Source of the DNA: a virus
Taxonomy: Duplodnaviria > Caudoviricetes
Strand: one strand, 5' to 3'
Length of the DNA: 48,591 bases
IMG/VR virus record: IMGVR_UViG_3300012038_000021
Coordinates: 1-48,591 of that record
Part shown: piece after piece, positions 45,376 to 48,591 of the stretch
Numbering within the stretch: the stretch's first letter is position 1
Layout: each line of letters opens with the position of its first letter
Position numbers and translations under genes: made by a program
The notes under the pieces: generated by a model
What the model was told of the DNA's origin: nothing
Database searches by the model: none
Seen by the model: only the letters and a program-made list of their open reading frames with translations

Positions 45376-46556
45376 TACATCTTCTCCGTATTCTTTACCC
45401 ACCACTCAATACAGAACTTGGTAAGCTGATACTTAATGTCCTTGCCGCCGGTCTTCTGGACTAACATCCCGCCTTGAATTAAAGTCTCAACTATCCTATC
45501 TAGTTCGAGGCTATCGAAATCTCCAAAGCCTTTTTGTATTACCCGCTTCCTAGACAACTCGTAGTTCTCTGCTGTAAACATCATCATTAGAAATGATTTG
45601 GTAGCTCCAGAAGCGGCACTCTTACCTGTCATCCCGGCCACTGTTCTAGCAGTATTACTTAAGGTTGAACAAGCGTTAATAGCATCTATAATATCCTCAT
45701 CCTCTAACACCATCTCTTTACTTCTAGCTAGTGAAATGCAAGTGGCAATCTTAATAACATGGTCATTCATCCGGTCATGTGTTCCGGTCTTATCATCTAC
45801 CTCTCTTGCCCGGTACTTGTAGAACCAGTCATTGTACTCTCTCTTAGCGGCATCGGACCACGACATTGTTCCTTCTAGTTTGGATAGTTCTTTAAGGTAA
45901 CAGGCTAGCTTAGCGTAGTCTATTTCAATAACATTATCAATCATGCTATTGGCGCGGTAACGTTTGTCTGCACTAATCAGTAATGTCCTACCAATGAAGC
46001 CGCCTCCCAAGTGGGATTTGTCTACTGTCATGTCAAACATTTCCTGATTGGCTCCGCTTAGTAATGTTAGACATGGAAATCGGAGTCTCTCAACCGGCGA
46101 ATTCTTGAGAGTATTAACCCATTCAGGATTGTAATGAGCATCATAAAGGTCTGTGAGTATTGTGAGTGCATGTTTAGCTTCGTATAGAGATGATGCAAAC
46201 TCCCCTGAACAGAGGAAACCTCTGGCATCTTTGAAAGGAATTGAACCGTTTTCCTTCGCCTTAACAATAGCCAGTTCTTTAATGATTCCTTCAATTGAAC
46301 CTCGTCCACTAATCACTCTAGTGTTGTCAACTATCTTAACTAGCTTGGTAGCTACACTAGGACCGAATCCTTTTCCTAATCCACTCCTACCCATTAAGAG
46401 TATGTATAGATTAGGCTTAAGCTTGTATGCTCCCTTGTTAACTACAACATTGGGAGAGACAATGGCAGATATGGTTGCCAGTCCCGACCAGTATATCCAT
46501 TGTTTAGGTGTTTCGACAAAATCAGTTTCCTCTAATAGTAAGTCCAGCCATGACAT
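45375..46556 (-). CDS. DUF3987-like P-loop protein, probable replicative helicase
   Basis: PNLYILLMGRSGLGKG, SIEG, EFASS, LTDLYD, GGFIGR, C-terminal winged-helix-like region; adjacent to the polymerase. Confidence 0.7.
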   Translation of the reverse strand: MSWLDLLLEETDFVETPKQWIYWSGLATISAIVSPNVVVNKGAYKLKPNLYILLMGRSGLGKGFGPSVATKLVKIVDNTRVISGRGSIEGIIKELAIVKAKENGSIPFKDARGFLCSGEFASSLYEAKHALTILTDLYDAHYNPEWVNTLKNSPVERLRFPCLTLLSGANQEMFDMTVDKSHLGGGFIGRTLLISADKRYRANSMIDNVIEIDYAKLACYLKELSKLEGTMSWSDAAKREYNDWFYKYRAREVDDKTGTHDRMNDHVIKIATCISLARSKEMVLEDEDIIDAINACSTLSNTARTVAGMTGKSAASGATKSFLMMMFTAENYELSRKRVIQKGFGDFDSLELDRIVETLIQGGMLVQKTGGKDIKYQLTKFCIEWWVKNTEKM

Positions 46557-46568
46557 TGTAAGGTGTCC

Positions 46569-48575
46569 CTAGAACTTAAGTTTGTTTAGGTCTTTGTAAT
46601 TGTCTCCGTATTCAAAGTCACAGGGTATTGTTAAACTCCCACGCTTCAAGGAACAAGAAGAGAAATCGATAGGCATTTCCATTATCGGTTTAAGTTCCTT
46701 GCAAATGTCTTTGTATTCTCCAACCGGCATGAAGTAAGTGAGACTATCGTGTGCTTCGTTAACTAAACGAATAGGATATTTCCTACTCTTAATACACAGT
46801 GCCGATTGGGTTAGTCTGTCTTTAACTGTTGACTGGGGAATGAAAGCAAATGCCTCCTTATAGAGTTGATTTCCTGGCCGGTCGAAGAATCTTCTAAGTC
46901 TACCAAAAGGATTGATGATGGCTCTTGAGGTATCAATTGCATCCTTAACATCCTTATGGAAGACTTCCACAAGATTTGGGGTTGCTTGGTGGAATCGGCT
47001 GAGGATTTGCTTTGCCGAGAATGGACTAGCTGTAAAGTTAATTCTGAATCGTCGGCAATCGGATATAATGTTTTTAAGAAATTCTCTATCTTGCATATTA
47101 TAATTACCTGCATGTCTCACCTTCTTCCCAATGAATCTTTCCGGCCCGTCTTTAGGTAAACTATCTGCTCGTTCATCAAACTCATATGATAGATTAAACT
47201 CTCCACCAAACAGTACAAGAACAGCAGTCCGGCGGTGAATGTCAATTTTATCAAATGCTTCTAAGAGTCTTTCGTCTCTGCTAAGGAGTGCGACGATTCT
47301 TGCTTCAGCTTGGCTAAGATCGATATTAACGATAACATCTCCTGCGTCAGCAATAAGCATCCTTCTAACATCGTGTCCAGCGTCGCGTTCATCTCCTTGC
47401 TTTGTAAGTGTTTTAAAAGCGAATCCAATTTTGTAAGGTCTAACGGGAGGGTCCAAAACACTATCTGAAGTTCTTCCCGTTTCGGTTCCAACAATTCTAA
47501 CTTGCGTCCGCATACGTCCATCAAGGTCTGGCAATGCGTAGAGATACGTTGAAAGAGTCTTATTAACTCTGCGTAGTTCGAGTATGTCTTGTAATACTGC
47601 ACGGTAGGATCCATCTTTCACCCTGTCTTTCAACATCTTTGAAATTGTGTCTTCGTTGGTAGATAATTCTTTGTCAACCGGACGAAGCTTCATCTGTTCA
47701 TAAAGTAATTCTTTAACTTGCTTAGGTGAATTGTAGTTAATGGCTCTACCAACGGCTACGTCTAATCTAATCTGAACAAACTCTGCCCAAGCTTCATACT
47801 TAGCAGTAAGGTATCCTCTTACTCCTTCATCTATTTTGAATCCAACTTTCTCCATTCCGAAGTAGAGGTCGTGGAGTTTGGTAATGTAGTTATAATAGAA
47901 TCCTTTAAGATCCGTTTTGTATAGATCTGATAGTATCTCCAGTTCGACTTCTTGAGCTTCATCAACCTCGCAATCCACCGCGGAATCTTTAGCATTATAA
48001 AGAAACCATCTGTCGATTGAGTGTTTGCCAAAAACAAATTCTTTACCTTCATCTTTATAGTAAGGCTCTCTTGTCCAGATACTGCCGAGGAACGCCAAAC
48101 CAACATATGGAATCTCCGGATTAATTGTATGTGCCTTGAGAGATGTATCGCTTTTCAATCCTTTGAACTTAAAGCCAAGCATCTCCATCTTCTGCTGGTC
48201 AAACTTAAAGTTCTGACCGGCCACTTCCTTACTTCTGAATAGCTTATCAAGTATCTGCCAGATGTATGCTAGGTCACTGGTTGGAATAGTTGTTAGTTCG
48301 TATCGTCCAACCCTTTGGAAGAGCGGGATGGAGATGGCTTCGTATCGATTGAAAGCAATACTAATACATCCTGGTACTGTTGATTCAATTGTTTCAATGT
48401 CTGCAAAAACTCTGTCCGCCTGCTTACTTCCGCGCTCAATAAATCGTGATACATCAACTGAATTTCTTGCAATAGTGAGTGCCCTTTCAGGTAATGAGAA
48501 GCCCACGCTCTTCGACTCATCGATTGCCCTTTTGATGTCAAGTGCTACCACCCATTTCCATACGTAAGAGAACAT
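46569..48575 (-). CDS. polA: DNA polymerase family A (3'-5' exonuclease and polymerase domains; N-terminus at 477..1)
   Basis: Exo DIET, QNFKFD, YNAKD; TETGR; motif A DLSQAEAR; motif B RFIGKKVRHAGNY; motif C AHDS. Confidence 0.93.
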   Translation of the reverse strand: MFSYVWKWVVALDIKRAIDESKSVGFSLPERALTIARNSVDVSRFIERGSKQADRVFADIETIESTVPGCISIAFNRYEAISIPLFQRVGRYELTTIPTSDLAYIWQILDKLFRSKEVAGQNFKFDQQKMEMLGFKFKGLKSDTSLKAHTINPEIPYVGLAFLGSIWTREPYYKDEGKEFVFGKHSIDRWFLYNAKDSAVDCEVDEAQEVELEILSDLYKTDLKGFYYNYITKLHDLYFGMEKVGFKIDEGVRGYLTAKYEAWAEFVQIRLDVAVGRAINYNSPKQVKELLYEQMKLRPVDKELSTNEDTISKMLKDRVKDGSYRAVLQDILELRRVNKTLSTYLYALPDLDGRMRTQVRIVGTETGRTSDSVLDPPVRPYKIGFAFKTLTKQGDERDAGHDVRRMLIADAGDVIVNIDLSQAEARIVALLSRDERLLEAFDKIDIHRRTAVLVLFGGEFNLSYEFDERADSLPKDGPERFIGKKVRHAGNYNMQDREFLKNIISDCRRFRINFTASPFSAKQILSRFHQATPNLVEVFHKDVKDAIDTSRAIINPFGRLRRFFDRPGNQLYKEAFAFIPQSTVKDRLTQSALCIKSRKYPIRLVNEAHDSLTYFMPVGEYKDICKELKPIMEMPIDFSSCSLKRGSLTIPCDFEYGDNYKDLNKLKF

Positions 48576-48591
48576 TCCTTTACTTGCATCA
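48573..48591. repeat. Terminal direct overlap, copy 2
   Basis: Identical to 1-19. Confidence 0.95.

Noticed and set aside
1-48591. Alternative genetic code or modified-base pathway
   Set aside because: Long ORFs are intact in code 11 with all three stops used; no purZ, queuosine-pathway or thymidylate-synthase-like genes recognised.

Overview
This is an apparently complete ~48.6 kb circular or permuted dsDNA phage genome; bases 1-19 are repeated at 48573-48591. Gene order is podovirus-like. The minus-strand arm runs from ~16400 down through the join to ~44985. It carries many small early genes, a SNF2 helicase, a PD-(D/E)XK nuclease, an AAA_24/Sak4-like ATPase, an SSB-like protein, tRNA-Leu(UAA), a family-A DNA polymerase with an N-terminal UDG-like domain that spans the join, a DUF3987-like P-loop protein and a cold-shock protein. 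The plus-strand arm (16886-44971) carries terminase, portal, scaffold, capsid, an HNH nuclease, short-tail and fibre genes and three probable ejection proteins. The most unusual feature is at 13966-16116: five consecutive early genes and one non-coding unit each sit in the loop of their own long inverted repeat. These stems are tiled back to back, their mismatches are mostly G-U pairs on the mRNA strand, and an rrn-type boxA lies in the leader upstream, together resembling rRNA-operon processing. Other highlights are a recurrent GCGS-TTC-SCGC mini-hairpin that usually abuts a stop codon, a ~14.5 kb GATC-free early region, an rIIA/Hsp90-like GHKL ATPase plus HExxH module inside a 2239-aa probable virion protein, an Acb2/Tad1-like candidate and a ribosomal bL12-like gene. 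All calls are by eye from motifs and synteny; no database searches or folding programs were run.
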